The notes: a model not told the origin generated them from the sequence alone. Positions 1 through 38,283 are shown, counted from the stretch's first letter. The stretch is DNA of 64,000 nt from the human T2T-CHM13v2.0 reference genome, Homo sapiens (GCF_009914755.1 NC_060931.1); one strand, 5' to 3'. Numbers and translations: made by a program.

Positions 1-87
1 TAACTCCTTTTATGAGGCTAATATAACCTTGATACCAAAACAAGACAAGAACAGTACAAGAAAGGAAAATTAAAAGTCAGTCTTATT

Positions 88-504
<417 letters not shown>

Positions 505-616
505 TTATTAACATAAATCCATGTCATTAGCAGATTAAAGGAGGAAACAATTTCAGTAGTTATATGAAAAGATTTTGATAAAATTTAAATCCATTCATGA
601 TTAAAAACTACCAACA

Positions 617-1183
<567 letters not shown>

Positions 1184-1420
1184 CTACTAACAAACTAGGA
1201 ATAGAGGGAAACATCTTAGGAATAGAGGGAAACTTCTTTAATGTGGTAAAAGGTATTTATCAGAAACATACATTAATCATCAGACCCAGTGGTGGTAAAA
1301 AAAAAAAAAAAAAAAATTCCCAGAAAACCAGGAATAAGACAAGAATACCTACTATTGCTACTTTAATTAACACTGTACTGCAAATCTTAGCTAGCAGAGA
1401 AGACAAAAAGAAATAAAGTA

Positions 1421-1706
1421 CAGATAGCTCTTGACTTACGATGGTGCAACTTTAGGATGATGCAAAGAAACTGTACTTTGAGTACCCATACAACCATGCC
1501 GTTTGTCAGTTTCAGTACAGTATTCAATAAATTACATGAGCTGGTGAATACCTGATGATAAAATAGGCTTTGTCTTGGATAATTTTCCCCAACTATAAGC
1601 TAATGTAAGTCTTCTGAATATATTTAAAGTAGGCTAAGCTAAGCTATGATGTTTGCCAGGTTAGTTTATTAAATACATTTTTGACTATAATATTTTCAGC
1701 CTACAG
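1421..1706 (-). mobile_element. MER47/Tigger5-type DNA transposon
   Basis: TIR-like cagatagctcttgacttacgatgg after TA; body contains gtaggctaagctaagctatgatgttt, the reverse of the MER47 consensus. Confidence 0.7.
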
Positions 1707-2100
1707 TATAAGTATTGCAACAGAAGAAATCAAACTGTCATTTTTCAAGTGAGCCTCAATTATTTAACCAGGTTACTAGATACAAAATCAATATACAAAA
1801 GTAATTATATACCCCTGTATCAGCAGCAAACTTAAAAAGTCATTTTTAAAAAGGATACTACTGGAGATAGCCAGCCAAAAAAAAAAAAAAAAAACTATAG
1901 CTAGAAATGAATGTAACAATACAAGGGAAATCTTTCTAGAGAAAGATGTAACATTTATATTGAAGGATATTAAAGGAGAGTTAAATGGAGAGAGAGAAAG
2001 TATACAAGGAGAGAAATTTCCACTACTATTGAAGCGATCACTTTTCTCCAGATTGATCACAGAATCAGTCATTGTAGTTCCAGTAAAAATCCCAACAAAA

Positions 2101-2480
2101 TTTTTTTTGTTTTGAGACAGAGTCTCGCTCTGTCACCCAGGCTGGAATACAGTGGCACCATTTCAGCTCACTGCAACCTCCACCTCCCGGATTCAAGGTT
2201 ATCTCCTATTTGATCTAAAATCAAATTTTTCTGGTTATCCCTAAGATTTCTTTTGTAACGGCCCTCCCTGCAGCTGAGGTCCAATCAGGTTCACATATTA
2301 CATTTGTGTAATCCCAAGTAGCTGGGATTACAGGCGCCTGCCACCACACCCAGCTAATTTTTGTGTTTTTAGTAAAGACGGTTTCGCCAGGCTGGTCTCA
2401 AACTCCTGACCTCAGGCGATCAGACTGCCTCTGCCTCCCAAAGTGCTGGGATTACAGTCATGAGCCACCGAGCCCGGCCC
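2101..2480 (-). mobile_element. AluS containing a ~104-bp non-Alu insert
   Basis: Antisense Alu, consensus broken at 2208-2311. Confidence 0.9.
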
Positions 2481-2681
2481 CAGCAAGAATCTTAATGAAA
2501 CTTTTGAAAAGCTGATTCCAGAATTTTTATACATATGCAAGAACAAATGGTAAATAATAGTGAAGATAATACTGAACCACTCCAAGTTAGAGGAATTGCC
2601 CTACCAGATTATTAAAGCTGCAGTAGTTGGCAGAGAATGAGATAAATAAACCAAAGGAACACAATAAAGAAATCAGAATCT

Positions 2682-5905
<3,224 letters not shown>

Positions 5906-6329
5906 TTGATGTTCATCTTGCATACAGTGCTCTGCAAACCCTGCCTGAAGCCCCCTTCCCTTCTAACCAGCCCCTCCTAGACAAATTCTGGAGCTTGGTG
6001 CATTGTCTCGTGTACATCCATAACTGTGTCCATGCGCTTTGCTACAACCACGATCTGCATCGTTGGAAGGAGTGGAGCCCAGGTTAACTGTGAATTTCAT
6101 CACAGTATCACCTGCTGACATGGCCTGAGGGAGGGACCAAGGAATGATCTGAAACTTCCCTTTGTGCTGAATGTCTCCCTTACATGCAGCGCGCTGGCCA
6201 CGTTCAGAGCTGCATGCAGGACGTGCTCTCGGAGGCTGGGTTTTACTCTCTGGTCTTCATTCAACGCAACCTTTTCGGGAGCCTCCTGCTTCCAGCTATG
6301 GGCCAAACAGTTGCTAAAGATGTCTCATT

Positions 6330-6680
6330 GAATACAGTCAACTAGGATCCTGCTATTCTAATGAAGGGAAACTGATGATAAACACAAAAGGCAATGTTAG
6401 ATGGCGCCAGGCACTGCGAGGGAGACACACTGGGTCTTGGGGTAGAGCGGGAAGAGGTGGTAGTGACTTCTTCAGTCATCCAGGGAGGCCTCTCCAGGGA
6501 GGATGACGGAACATCAGAGGAAAGAAGCAAGGAGAACCAGCCACACTCAGAGCTGGGAAAGAGCAGCAGGAAGATGGGGGCAGTGAGTGCCAGGGCTCTG
6601 CAGGGATGGGCTTGCCTGGCAGGGAGCAATACCAAGGAAGTTAGTAGGGCCCGGGTCATGCCAGGGCCTTGTAGGCAGAA
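6330..6680 (+). mobile_element. L2 fragment
   Basis: cagggaggcctctccagggagg and atgccagggccttgtaggc resemble the L2 3' region; strand tentative. Confidence 0.5.
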
Positions 6681-7230
6681 CCCTTAAGTCTCTTTGTAGG
6701 GACCCTTTGGTCTCCCCTTTGAACTAGGCCCTTTCAAAGACGTACAGTAGAAAGCAAATTCCCCATGGGCACCGGCAGGATGATTTGACAGATTCTAATC
6801 AAATAATTGGGGAAATAAAGTTGGGTGAACTACAGCAGTCTATGAATGAGTTAAAAGTGACTACGAGTCTGCTGCCCATCTTGCAGCCCATATCTGTTGA
6901 GCTGTAACATATTTAAGCATTCAGATCTAAAGGCCATTGCTAAATAAAGCCAGGGCGTCCATGTGGTTCGCTCCAAAGAGCATTTCACAGGGAGCCAGTC
7001 CAGGCGCTGCCGCCCACCACCTCTGTGACCTTGGGTGAGTCTCGGGGCCTCTTTCTGCCCGACTTTGCTCATCTGTAAAACGAGTGGGTTACCCAGATCC
7101 TCCCCCAAGGAGCTCCGTAGCTCTGAAACCTCATGAGACTCACTGGAGCAGTACTTTGGTTGACTATCGCTAGCAGAACCGAAAAGGACATTCTCCAGCA
7201 ATGTAAATCTGTTCAAAAATGGGATGAGCT

Positions 7231-7776
7231 GGCTGGGCACAGTGGCTCATGCCTGTAATACCAGCACTTTGGGAGGCTGAGGCGGGTGGATCACAAGGTC
7301 AGGAGTTCAAGACCAGCCTGGCCAACATAGTGAAACCCTGTCTCTACTAAAAATACAAAAAAAAAACAAAAATAAAAAAATTAGCCAGGCATGGTGGTGG
7401 CACCAGCTACTTGGGAGGTTGAAACAGGAGAATTGCTTGGACGACCACCTGCCAGGGAGATTGTCACCTCTTATCCATTCTTTTTTTTTTTTTTTTTTTT
7501 TTTTTTTGAAATAGAGTCTCTCTGTGTCACCCAGGCTGGAGTGCAGTGGCTCACCATAATCTCTGCTTCCTGGGTTCAAGCGATTCTCCTGCCTTAGCCT
7601 CCTGAGTAGCTGGGATTTCAGGTGTGCGCCACCATGTCCGGCTAATTTTGTATTATTAGAAGAGATGGGGTTTTACCATGTTGTTCAGGCTGGTCTTGAA
7701 CTCCTGGCCTCAAGTGATCAACCCGCCTTGGCCTCCCGAAATGCTGAGATTACAAGCATGAGCCACCATGCCCTTG
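7231..7776. mobile_element. 3'-truncated Alu(+) 7231-7438 and Alu(-) 7481-7776, inverted pair
   Basis: Alu motifs; TSD cttatcca(t/c)ctt around the second copy. Confidence 0.9.
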
Positions 7777-7865
7777 CCTTATCCATCCTTCTAAATGCCA
7801 GATCCTCCAAGTCTTCCCAAAATACCCAGCCAGAAACAGATTCTTCCTCTTCTCATCTCTAATAG

Positions 7866-8158
<293 letters not shown>

Positions 8159-8248
8159 ATCTCTCCCTTTTGGTTTTGAGCCTAAAGACATTCTGCCCTT
8201 ATAGTTTGCTTACCAAGGCCTTATGCTTCTAAAATGTAGAAGGGAGGA

Positions 8249-8299
8249 TGTGTGTGTGAGTGTGAGTGAGTGTGTGAGTGTGTGTGTGTGTGTATGTGT
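8249..8299. repeat. (TG)n/(TGAG)n compound microsatellite
   Basis: Seen directly. Confidence 0.9.
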
Positions 8300-8939
8300 C
8301 TTTGTACCTGTTTCTGTCCCCATCTTACCAGTACTTGCCTAAATACTGCATTAAGCATCATGGGTGAAATAGGATTAGAGAAGGTTGGACCAGATCAGTG
8401 GCTCCCAAAGCTGCTGCTGGGTTGGACCAGTGCTGCACTGGCCCTATGAGAATTGCTCACATGTTTCCAGAAATACAGCTCCCCAGGCTCCTACCCTGAC
8501 ATTCCGGTGTAGAAGGCCTGGGGTGGAACCTTAGAATCTGTCATTTTTCAAAGCCCACCTCTGATGCTCATGCACTGCTAGTTGTAGGAACCACTGGGCT
8601 CGGTTCCCTGAAAGAGCTCTTTCTCCTGGTAACAAGTTCTGTGACTCTCTCTGCCCACTCAGTCTTCTTAGATTGGCATGTTAGAAGCTCCATGACTTGC
8701 CTTTGAAATATTTTTCCAGCTTCAAAGTCCTGGACTTCTACTCTGGCCGAACTGGCCTGTGTATTATGAGTCACCTGAACATACTTTTTGATTTCCTGAA
8801 GGCTCTGTTATTGTTAAGACCCTTTTGCTGTTCCCTACCTATAAAACTCATTTCCATCCTTTAGGGCTGAACCGAAAAGTCTATCTCCTTTGATCATTTT
8901 CCTGACCATCTCAACCTATTTCTAACTTTTTCCCTCTTT

Positions 8940-10760
<1,821 letters not shown>

Positions 10761-11299
10761 TGCATTAACTTTTCCCCTCTTTCCAGCCTGCTCTTAAGAT
10801 TGTACATGCTTTGAGGGCCCGTATCTTGTCTTAGATGCTTTATCTATTCTTTGCCTTATGGAAGTGGTTACATAAAACATTCTTAGCTGAATTTCCCCCT
10901 GCTTCTCGCCTTCTCCTTGTTAATGAGTACTTATTGAGTGTGATGTGCGAGCATCTACTTTGGTTCCTAGACGCCCACAAGCAAAATAGGTCAGTGCCCT
11001 GCTGGGAGTAGGGAGGGGTTGTCAGGGTCTTCTTTGGGTTTGTGGCCAGACAGGCGACTGTGGAGCAGACCAGGCACTCTGGGGACAGGATGATGCGTTC
11101 TGGCTGGAAGATACAGGGAGGCTTCCCAGGGACCCTAACACAGCCTGCTGCCCTGGACCTTTGCTGGGGAACTGACTTCTCAGCCAGTATGTCTGTCCGC
11201 AGGCTCTTGGGCCTTCTGCAGTGGTGGAGGTGACAGTGGTGTTAGCCGTGGTGGTCACTGTGGTGATGTGGCTGCTGTACTGTCATTATCTTATGGCAA

Positions 11300-12010
11300 A
11301 ACCCGCAAGCCTGACACACACAGTGTCTCCCTGTAAGTTCGCGCCATGATGGCTCAATTAGGGACCCGTCGGACTGCGGCTCAACATCCAGGCCAGCTGC
11401 ATAATTGAAAGCACATTTTCTCCTCCAAAGCTGCAGCTGGTTTGGTTCTGCTCATGCAGAAAGGGATCTAACCTTGCATAACATAGGAAATGAACAGTTG
11501 AGAGAGAAGCCAAATTCAATTTCAGTCAGATATGTTGAGGCTAAGTCCATGATCTATGGAAGCCGGGGCAGGAGCCGTGCGCCTGTGGAAAGGGGCGCTC
11601 TCAGCAGTCTATTAATCACGGCCGCCCGCCCGGCGCTGCCGCCACTGCCGGGTGCCACTGCGCCCGCGCGCCCCCTCCGATGTGGGCTGGAGCGCAGCCA
11701 AGCACTCCAGAAGTTAACCTCTTAAAGACCCGGAGCTGCTTTCTGTTGAATAAATGTAATTTTGTGGTCAGAAATAAATGCTTGTGATATAGCAGGAGCT
11801 TTGAAAACAACGGCAAGCTGGAGCGATTACAAATTGCTCCATGTTGTACAAGTCAACAGCAGACATCAAAATTCCACGTGGAGGGCAAATTGATTTCGGC
11901 CCAGAGCTCTGCAGCTATTCAATAAAAGTCCTATTAAACCATTGTATGTAATGAACAATCCAGAGCAAATCTAATATTTTCAGTGGATAATTATTTTTAA
12001 CATCCTCTCG
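11300..12010. promoter_or_regulatory. Candidate intronic enhancer, repeat-free with CpG-rich core 11560-11700
   Basis: No repeat signature; retained CpGs; TAAT and Sox-like (ccattgt, aacaat) motifs. Confidence 0.5.
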
Positions 12011-12347
12011 GTAACTGCTGGTAGATTTCTTGGATGTTTACAGCTCGAACTCGGGCAGAGTGGGCCTTCCCAGCTGTCATTTGGCATCTCCGCCAGGGGA
12101 CCCGCTCCAGGGACCCAGCTGCGTACATGGCTCCTGAACATGGGGCTCTGGCCTTGGGGTTCAGGTTGCCAAGGAAGGGTGCATGGGGTTTCTGAATCTC
12201 CCAGTGCCTGGGATGTAGTAGGTGCCTGGGAAATGTTTGTTGAATTGAGCTGAACTGAGTTGAAATGCACAAGAGGAAGCTCTAAGAACCCCAGAATGAC
12301 TTAGGAAAATGATATTGTGGCAAAGTTGACTCAAAACCTGAGGCTGA

Positions 12348-13106
<759 letters not shown>

Positions 13107-13459
13107 TCACTTCTGTTCTTGACAGCTTGCGAAGTGCATTCTTTGTCAGGGAGGCCACACTGGGAGAGTCGCCAAAGCGATCTTGTTGCTCATCTAGTGT
13201 TCCCACCCCCAGGATGCTCCCCTACCTTGCTCATGACAGGGCTGTAACCCTGTCCCCTTCCAGACCAAGAGCTTCTCAGGGAAGGTCTGTTCATTCATTG
13301 ATTCATTAAATATTTGTGGAGCATGTATGCCAGGCTAGACCAGAACTAGACCCTGGTTAGTGGTGGTAGGTGAATGAATGTAGCCGTTGCCTTCATGAAG
13401 CTTAACAGTTTAGCAAGATCTGTATCCCCATGTGGCACAGTGCTTGGCGCTCTGTTAAG

Positions 13460-13842
13460 TGATGGTGGATGGGTGGATGGATTGGTGGATGAATGGGTGG
13501 ATGGTGGGTGTGTGGGTGGATGGATGATTTGTTAGATAAATGGGAATGGATAGATGGTTGATTGCATGGAGGGAGGGTGAATAGGGGATAGATGGATGGA
13601 TGATTGGATAGAAGGATGGATGGATAGATGATTGGATAGAGGGATGGATGGCTGGATGATTGGATAAAGGGATAGATGGATGGGTGATAGGATAGAGCTA
13701 TGGATGGATGAAGGGAGAGATGGAGGGAGGGAGGGAAGGAGGGAGGGAGAGATGGATGGATGGATAACTGGATAGAGGGATGGATGGATGATTAGTCTAG
13801 AGGTAGGGAGGGAGGGAGGGATGGATGGATGGATGGATGATT
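13460..13842 (+). repeat. Degenerate (GGAT)n/(GGGA)n purine-rich simple repeat
   Basis: About 380 bp of tgga/ggat/ggga units. Confidence 0.95.
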
Positions 13843-14774
13843 AGAAAGCAGTATGTGTCTGTAAGAATAGATTGACTCTTACTCATTTTCGTCTCCTGGA
13901 GTAAAATCATCCAACTTGTAATGCTCAGTCATACAGTATTTATTTGACTATCGTGGAATTTAAATTTCTAGGGTATTTTATTTTCTGCAGATCTCCCTTC
14001 CCTTGGAAAAACTCAATATGGATGTTAATTAGGTTTTACTAAAGTTCCATCAATTTAATGCAGTCGTTCTTTAAATGAAACTGACACCAAGGACCACATG
14101 GCCAAAGGAAGCCCACGTTCCTGTGTGTGGTTCTGAGGAGGGAGCATAGGATGCAGTTTGATAACAGCTGAGAGCCCTGAGGAGTTTGTTGCTGGATGTG
14201 GAGTATTCCATGTCTCGTCCCTCCCCCAGTCTTTTTCCAGTTGTGTCACAACTCCCTTTGCTAATAATATTTTGCACAGCATTTTACGTCTACAAAGCAC
14301 CATTTCCATGATGTCGCTCACCCTTCGACACCACCCTGTGCTGGGGGCATCATCATCATTCTGAGTTACCAACAGGAGGGGTAGCAGACAGTCCAAGGGG
14401 CAAGGCAGGGACTCCCAGCTCCAGGCTCCAGCCTCTCCTCCCCTCCACCCTCTCCTGGTCCTGTCCTGAAATCTTTGGCTCCCTTGAAACTTGTTATGCC
14501 CGGGCAAATGCCACCCTCGTGCCACTGTATTCCCACCACCTCCAATGAGTGTCCCCCACCTGATGGGGTCACACACTTGTCCAGCCACCTGCACAGAAAA
14601 GCCTCATGGACACAGCCCTGTGAGGTCAGAAATAGACCGAACAGGGTCACTCGGTTGGAAGGCGTGGTAGTGTTAGAACCCAGGTGTTTGAACTCGGTCT
14701 AATATTCATTCCACTCTTTCACACACACGTAAGGGCACATGACCACTATTAATCAAATTTTCAAAAAAAAATCA

Positions 14775-17896
<3,122 letters not shown>

Positions 17897-18039
17897 GGAA
17901 CACAGTGCATGTCTATAGGTGCTTGTAAATGCATAAATACCTCTGGGAGGATGCCCAAGACTATCTTTACCTCCAGACCAGGCAGCTGGATGACAGGTGG
18001 ATGTGGATGGGAGGAAGACCTACTTTTCACTGTCAACTT

Positions 18040-24869
<6,830 letters not shown>

Positions 24870-25499
24870 TATATTGATCTTGCATTGTGAAAGTCTTGCT
24901 GAATGTGTATGTTTTTATACATCTACAATTTTTTTATTGTACACATATATTATCTACTCACAACAATGGTGATGTGAAAATCTCAGGTAGGCATTTATCC
25001 CCTAGGAAGCCTGCCCCACTCCCCCACCGGGATTTACCCGAGGGAGGTAGGAGAGGGGAGCATTACCCCATCTTAAACTTTTTGGGAGCAGCAGTAGGAA
25101 TCTGTGTCTCCCATAGGCTGGAATAGAACATAGCCTAGCACATCTTAGCCTCCTTAAATGACTTTATTGACAGAATGAAGGAAGAAGTGAAGCGGGGGTG
25201 AGCAAGCAGCCAGCACCTCCTTCCTCTGAAGAGCCTGCTGCAGGCAGGTTTCCCTGTTGTCTAAGCTGTGATCTGCTGTCCTGGAGCATTTACCTGCTCA
25301 TGCTGGTTTTGCACTGTGGGGAGAGAGAAGACAGCTAATCTTTCTTCCCCAAGACAGCCTTTCAGATAGATGTTGACAGCCAGAATGGCAGATGTACTTG
25401 GAAGGGCTTTGTAAACTCAAGGAGAATAGAGATGCTTGTTGCTGTTTTTATCATCTTGGCTTTTAATCTTGTGCTGTCCCCTGCCACAAATCTCCTCTA

Positions 25500-27451
<1,952 letters not shown>

Positions 27452-28117
27452 AAAGACTTCAGCATTTAAGTAACCTGCCTCCCGGTCACCCAGCCAGTGT
27501 GTGCTGGAACTAGGATTCAAACCCAAGTCTGTCTTTTGATCAAACCACACACTCTTTCCATTGACCATGTGGCCCCCAGCCCCAGTGCGCAATGCTGGAT
27601 GTTATCATATCCCTAGGAGGGGCCAGGAGCCAGGGTCCAAGTAACTTGGTGGGTTTCTGCGTCTGAGAAATGAAGCTGGTGAGACGGCGGTTCCTTCACT
27701 GTTTTCCAAGGGCTGCCACGGCTTTGATCTTGACAGCAACCAAGATGTATCTCCCCACTTTGCAGATGAAAAAACTGAGGCCCAGAGAGGTTAATTCAAT
27801 GGTTCAGGCAGAGCACCTGTTTTATGTTGGAGCTGGAAATCAAACCCTCATGTGCCAACAGCATGCCCAGGCCCTTGGCTGTGTGTGGCGTGGACTTGCC
27901 TACCACATGGGCATGGCCAGGCCCCTGTGGTGCAGTGGAGAGATGAGCCTTTTTTATTTCAAAATACACAGCACTTCTTGGCCGGTCACAGTGGCTCATG
28001 CCTGTAATCCCAGCACTTCGGAAGGCTGAGGCGGGTAGATCACTTGAGCTCAGGAGTGAGCCACTGTGCCCGGCACTGTATGTTACTCTCTTAGAGATAT
28101 GGCCAACTCGTGAGATC

Positions 28118-28440
28118 TGTAACCATCAGCTTTTACTAGATTATGCTGCAGTAACAAACAAACTGCTACAAATCTCAGTGGCCTGTGGCAACCAAAGATC
28201 ATTTCTTGTTCATGTGTCATGTTGACTAGGGCTGGCTGTGACTGTGCCCCAGCCCCGTGGGTGGTCCTCATTCTAGGATCTCAGTGGAGGAAGTAGGTCC
28301 TATAAGGTCCTTGCAGCAGAGGGAGGGAGCACACTGGCTCTTAAATCTTAATGCTCAGATAAGACACCATCACTTACATACCATTGGCCAAAGCATTTCG
28401 TGTGGCTATGCCTGACATCACTGAGGAGGGAAAGCACCCA
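28118..28440 (-). mobile_element. Old MLT1 (MaLR) LTR
   Basis: tatgctgcagtaacaaac...aaatctcagtggc and cattggccaaagca are MLT1-type motifs. Confidence 0.65.
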
Positions 28441-28744
28441 GGGGGAAGTTGCTGTTACACCACAAGTCACGTGGCAGTGGGCAGCGATGTGTGACGCCTC
28501 CTCCAGGGAGCCTAGATGGTAGTTGGGAGCGGCAGCAGCATATTCCATGTGACTCCGGGAACCCACAGCACAGCCGTGCTGGCACTCACATGGTTGGGCA
28601 CTTTCTCACCCCTTCCATATCTCAGAGATCTGGTGGATTTCTATGAAACTTGTTTTCTAAACCTAGACTGAGTTTTTATACTATCATAAGCGGATACTGA
28701 TTGAGAGCTAGATTAAAATACCTTCCTATAGACATTTGTCTTTC

Positions 28745-32315
<3,571 letters not shown>

Positions 32316-32344
32316 CAGTGGAGTGGTTTTAAAACCCCGATGTC

Positions 32345-32672
32345 CACGGGGCTGGTTCCTTCTGCTGGCTGTAGGGGAGAATCTACTGTGTCCCTGTCCC
32401 AGCTTCTGGTGGTTTCCTGGTCATCTTCTTCTTTGTAGATCATCAGCCCAGTCTCTCCTTCATCGCTCTGTGACATCCTACCTGTCTACATGTCTGTTTC
32501 TGTGTCCAGGTTTCTCCTCCTTATTGGATCCAACTGGACGAGGGCCCAGGCTAATGACCTTGCCTTACCTTGATCACCTGCAGAGACCCTAGCTCCAAAT
32601 AAGGTCACCTTCACAGGTATTGGGGGTCAGGACTTCATCATCTTTCAAGAGACACAATTCAACCCATTATAG
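32345..32672 (-). mobile_element. MLT1 LTR fragment
   Basis: ggctggttccttct...ggggagaatct; ccaaataaggtcac; gacacaattcaaccc. Confidence 0.75.
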
Positions 32673-33184
32673 CCCCGAAGTGTGCCGTGCAAATTACCAA
32701 ACCCCACATCCTGGGGAATAACCCAAACAGGAGACAGGAGGACAGAGTTCAGGATCCTTCCAGATCCCAGCCCTTGCCTCCAGGAGACGCAGCCACCCGG
32801 TACCCTGAGTCGGAATACCTCGGAAGTGAGGGGCCCTCCCTAGGCAGATCCTAAGCCAGAAAGAGAAGCCTCTGTGTGGCCATCAAGCGGTACGGACAGC
32901 AGCCAGGGCGTCTGCCCAGCTTCCTGGACAGACTCTGCTACCCACCTGCCTCTCTTAGAAGAGCCCCAGGTTGCGTTCCAATTCATCTGGAGAAGCAACT
33001 CCAAATCCGTTGCTTACTCTAGACATCTATAATATGTGGGCTTAGGTACAGTTGAAACAGTGCCATTTAGACAGTTCCCAAAATTTGTAATAGATACTGA
33101 GAAAGATACATGATACGACAGGGAAAGAAAACACAACACACTATCTTACGTATAGGCTGATTTCAAGTACGTACATACACACAC

Positions 33185-34643
<1,459 letters not shown>

Positions 34644-35629
34644 CAGAATCACAGCCTTATCTTATCGGGTTGAGGGGGTGGAAATGTGTCTGAGTTCCAA
34701 ACAATTGACTTCAAATTGGAATCTTGGTGCACAGCTTGTTAGAAGTTGGAAATGCTTGCATTGCGCTAGGCTGCTATGTGTTCGATTTTCTAGGCCCAGC
34801 TCCCACTAGCCATCGTCCCCCAGTTCTGAGCGCCCCACATCCTTAATCAGGAGACCTCTCTCAGCCCTTAACAAACTGCCCGGTGGCTCAGGTGAGAGGC
34901 CCTGTAATTAAACCGCATCCTTTGCCTCTGTAATAACATCGGAGACAGCATAGTTCTAGGAGGGGACAGACGGAATATATAATTTCCTGTCCTTTGCCTG
35001 AGCCAGTATGACATTGGTACATGTGCAGTCTTGCGTGTTTCGGCTGTAAAGTGCGATCTGTTGTCTCAGCAAGTGTGTAGGTAAGCTAAATATTCTAACA
35101 AGTCAGTCCAACCATGGCAGGCTCTTTGCATATGCGTCCAGCATAGTTGATGAACAGACGTCTACACTAGAGGAAACTGGCTCAGTTAGTCAGTTCACAA
35201 AACCAATCCTGGCCACCATCGCAAAACCTTGCCAGTTGCCTAATCTGGAATCCCCGGGACCGTCCTCAATTCACCTGGTTCTTCTGGGCCTCACGTCAAC
35301 TGTGTGTGTCGCTGATCTCTCCAGCCGCCCTCTCCTCCTCCTCGACACCCACAACCACTGCCCAGCGCATCTCACTCGGATGAAAGCAGTGACGTCCGAG
35401 GGTTCTCTTCCTCCCTGCCCCCTCCTGTGCTCTTTCCACCCTGACCGCTGCTCAGGTGATGAGGGTCTCCCTGCACCATGCACCCTTGTGCCCCTCAAAA
35501 TCTCACCCCACTTGATTGTCCAGCTGCGTCACCCACAGCTCCTGCATATGTATCCGCGTTCCCACCTGGCAGACTCTCGTGGGTCCCCTATGCCCCATGG
35601 TGTGTTGTAGCCGTGTTGGTGGACTCTTA

Positions 35630-35981
<352 letters not shown>

Positions 35982-36526
35982 GGAGAATTTTATGAAATTC
36001 TTTGCTCCTGGGATTTGAATGTGTTCGTCCGTTTACATGCAGCATCTTACCCGTCCACCTGGGTGAAATGCTTTTTAAGACTCTGCTCTAAGGTCACAAC
36101 TTTACTGCCTGAAGTTCCCTTCTGCATGTCCCCAGGGATTTAATTACTTGTTAATTACATACCTGTTTCCCTCCTAGACCCTGAGCTTCTGGGGGTAGGA
36201 ACTGTCTCTTCCCACCCACCTCTGATCCCCAGCAGTGTCTAGCACATGGCCAGCTCTTAAGTCAGCATTTGGAGAAGACAAAAGACCAGGAAGGGCACGC
36301 CAGACCATTCTCTATGGAAGACCCACCCAGTGTTCCCTGCTGTATAGTGAATGGCTCCATACTCCCAAATCTCTGCTCCTCCCTTGTTTACCTTCATGAA
36401 CAGGGTCCTTTTGTGTTTGCAGGCATTTCCTCTAAGAGGCTGAAGCCCAGTTGTCAAGCATCTCCCTTGCTACGGGAATTCACTAGATGTGTAATGCTTT
36501 GTAAATTACCTCTTGACAAATGTTGA

Positions 36527-36658
<132 letters not shown>

Positions 36659-37006
36659 TAATGGCCCACCAGTGGGGGGCGTTGTGTCTGGTGAGTCGGT
36701 GGGTTTTTGGCTCATTCTTCTTGGCTTTCCTAAGGAAAATAAATACACCATCAGTGGCAACTTCCCCCCAAGAAACCAGGGAGTGCAGGACACATGAATT
36801 CTTCACAACCCAGACTTTGGGTACGGAGGGAAATTGGATGCACTTGTTGAAGTACTCACGTAATCTCTAGGGGATGACTTCGTAAAAGCAGAGATCCAAA
36901 TCTCTGGGGCTACAGCATAAAACCCTGCACGTACTGCAGAGAAGATGCAGACCTGATGTGTGTATGCTGTGTGGAAGTCCCTCATATTGCCCAAAGCCAC
37001 CTTTAA

Positions 37007-37487
<481 letters not shown>

Positions 37488-38283
37488 CTGTTTCTTCTTT
37501 TAGAGGGATTGAAGAATTAAAATTTAAATATGTTTGTGAGGCATTCTAAGAGGTGATGGCTTCCGATTCTTTATTCTGGAAAAGTGAGAAGGCAGGTAGA
37601 GTGCCTTGAACTCTCTGGTCCTGTTTGTGGGTCCTCGATTGCCTTAGAATCTGGAGTAAGGTGATGGACATAACTATGTGGGGCCCAGCTCAGCCCTGGA
37701 GAGATGCTGATCAGAAAATTAGGAAAGTCACTTGATGCCTTTTTCTGCCAAGCAAAGAATTGGAATTACCACCACCCTCCCCTCCCCACCCATTACAGTT
37801 GTGCCCTTGCCCTTGTTAGCAATTCTCTGAATATCATTGACATCATTAGAGCTACATTAACAGAGCGAGGCAGACTCAGGTCTCCTTTGTACCTGTACTT
37901 GTGTTCTGATTCAGGTCTACCACGGGCTTTGCTGTCCCCTCTTGGAGCTGGGATTAATAGAGGTCACACCAAACACGGGATGGCAGAAAGCACTTCGGAC
38001 AGGGAATGAGGAGACCCAGATTCTCCTTCCCTGGATGACATTCCTTTTCCTCTCTGGACTTCAGTGTTCTCATCTGTAAAATGGAACAGGGTCAGGGAAC
38101 AGCCTAATCGTAGAGAATGGTTTGCTTTGTTCTAAACTTTTGCTGTCTTAGGAGCTTATCTAGTTATTGGTTCCAAATTCTAGCCTTTTGGTTTTCTGTG
38201 AGAGTTTGTATCTGACTAGGAGTTCCCTGAAGAACCTGACTGAGCTTCACGAGGAGGCTCCTTCACAGTAAAATGGATCAGAG

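Noticed and set aside
36664-36682. CTCF-like ccaccagtggggggcg just after exon 4
   Set aside because: Departs from the core CCASYAGRKGGC spacing; not supportable without ChIP data
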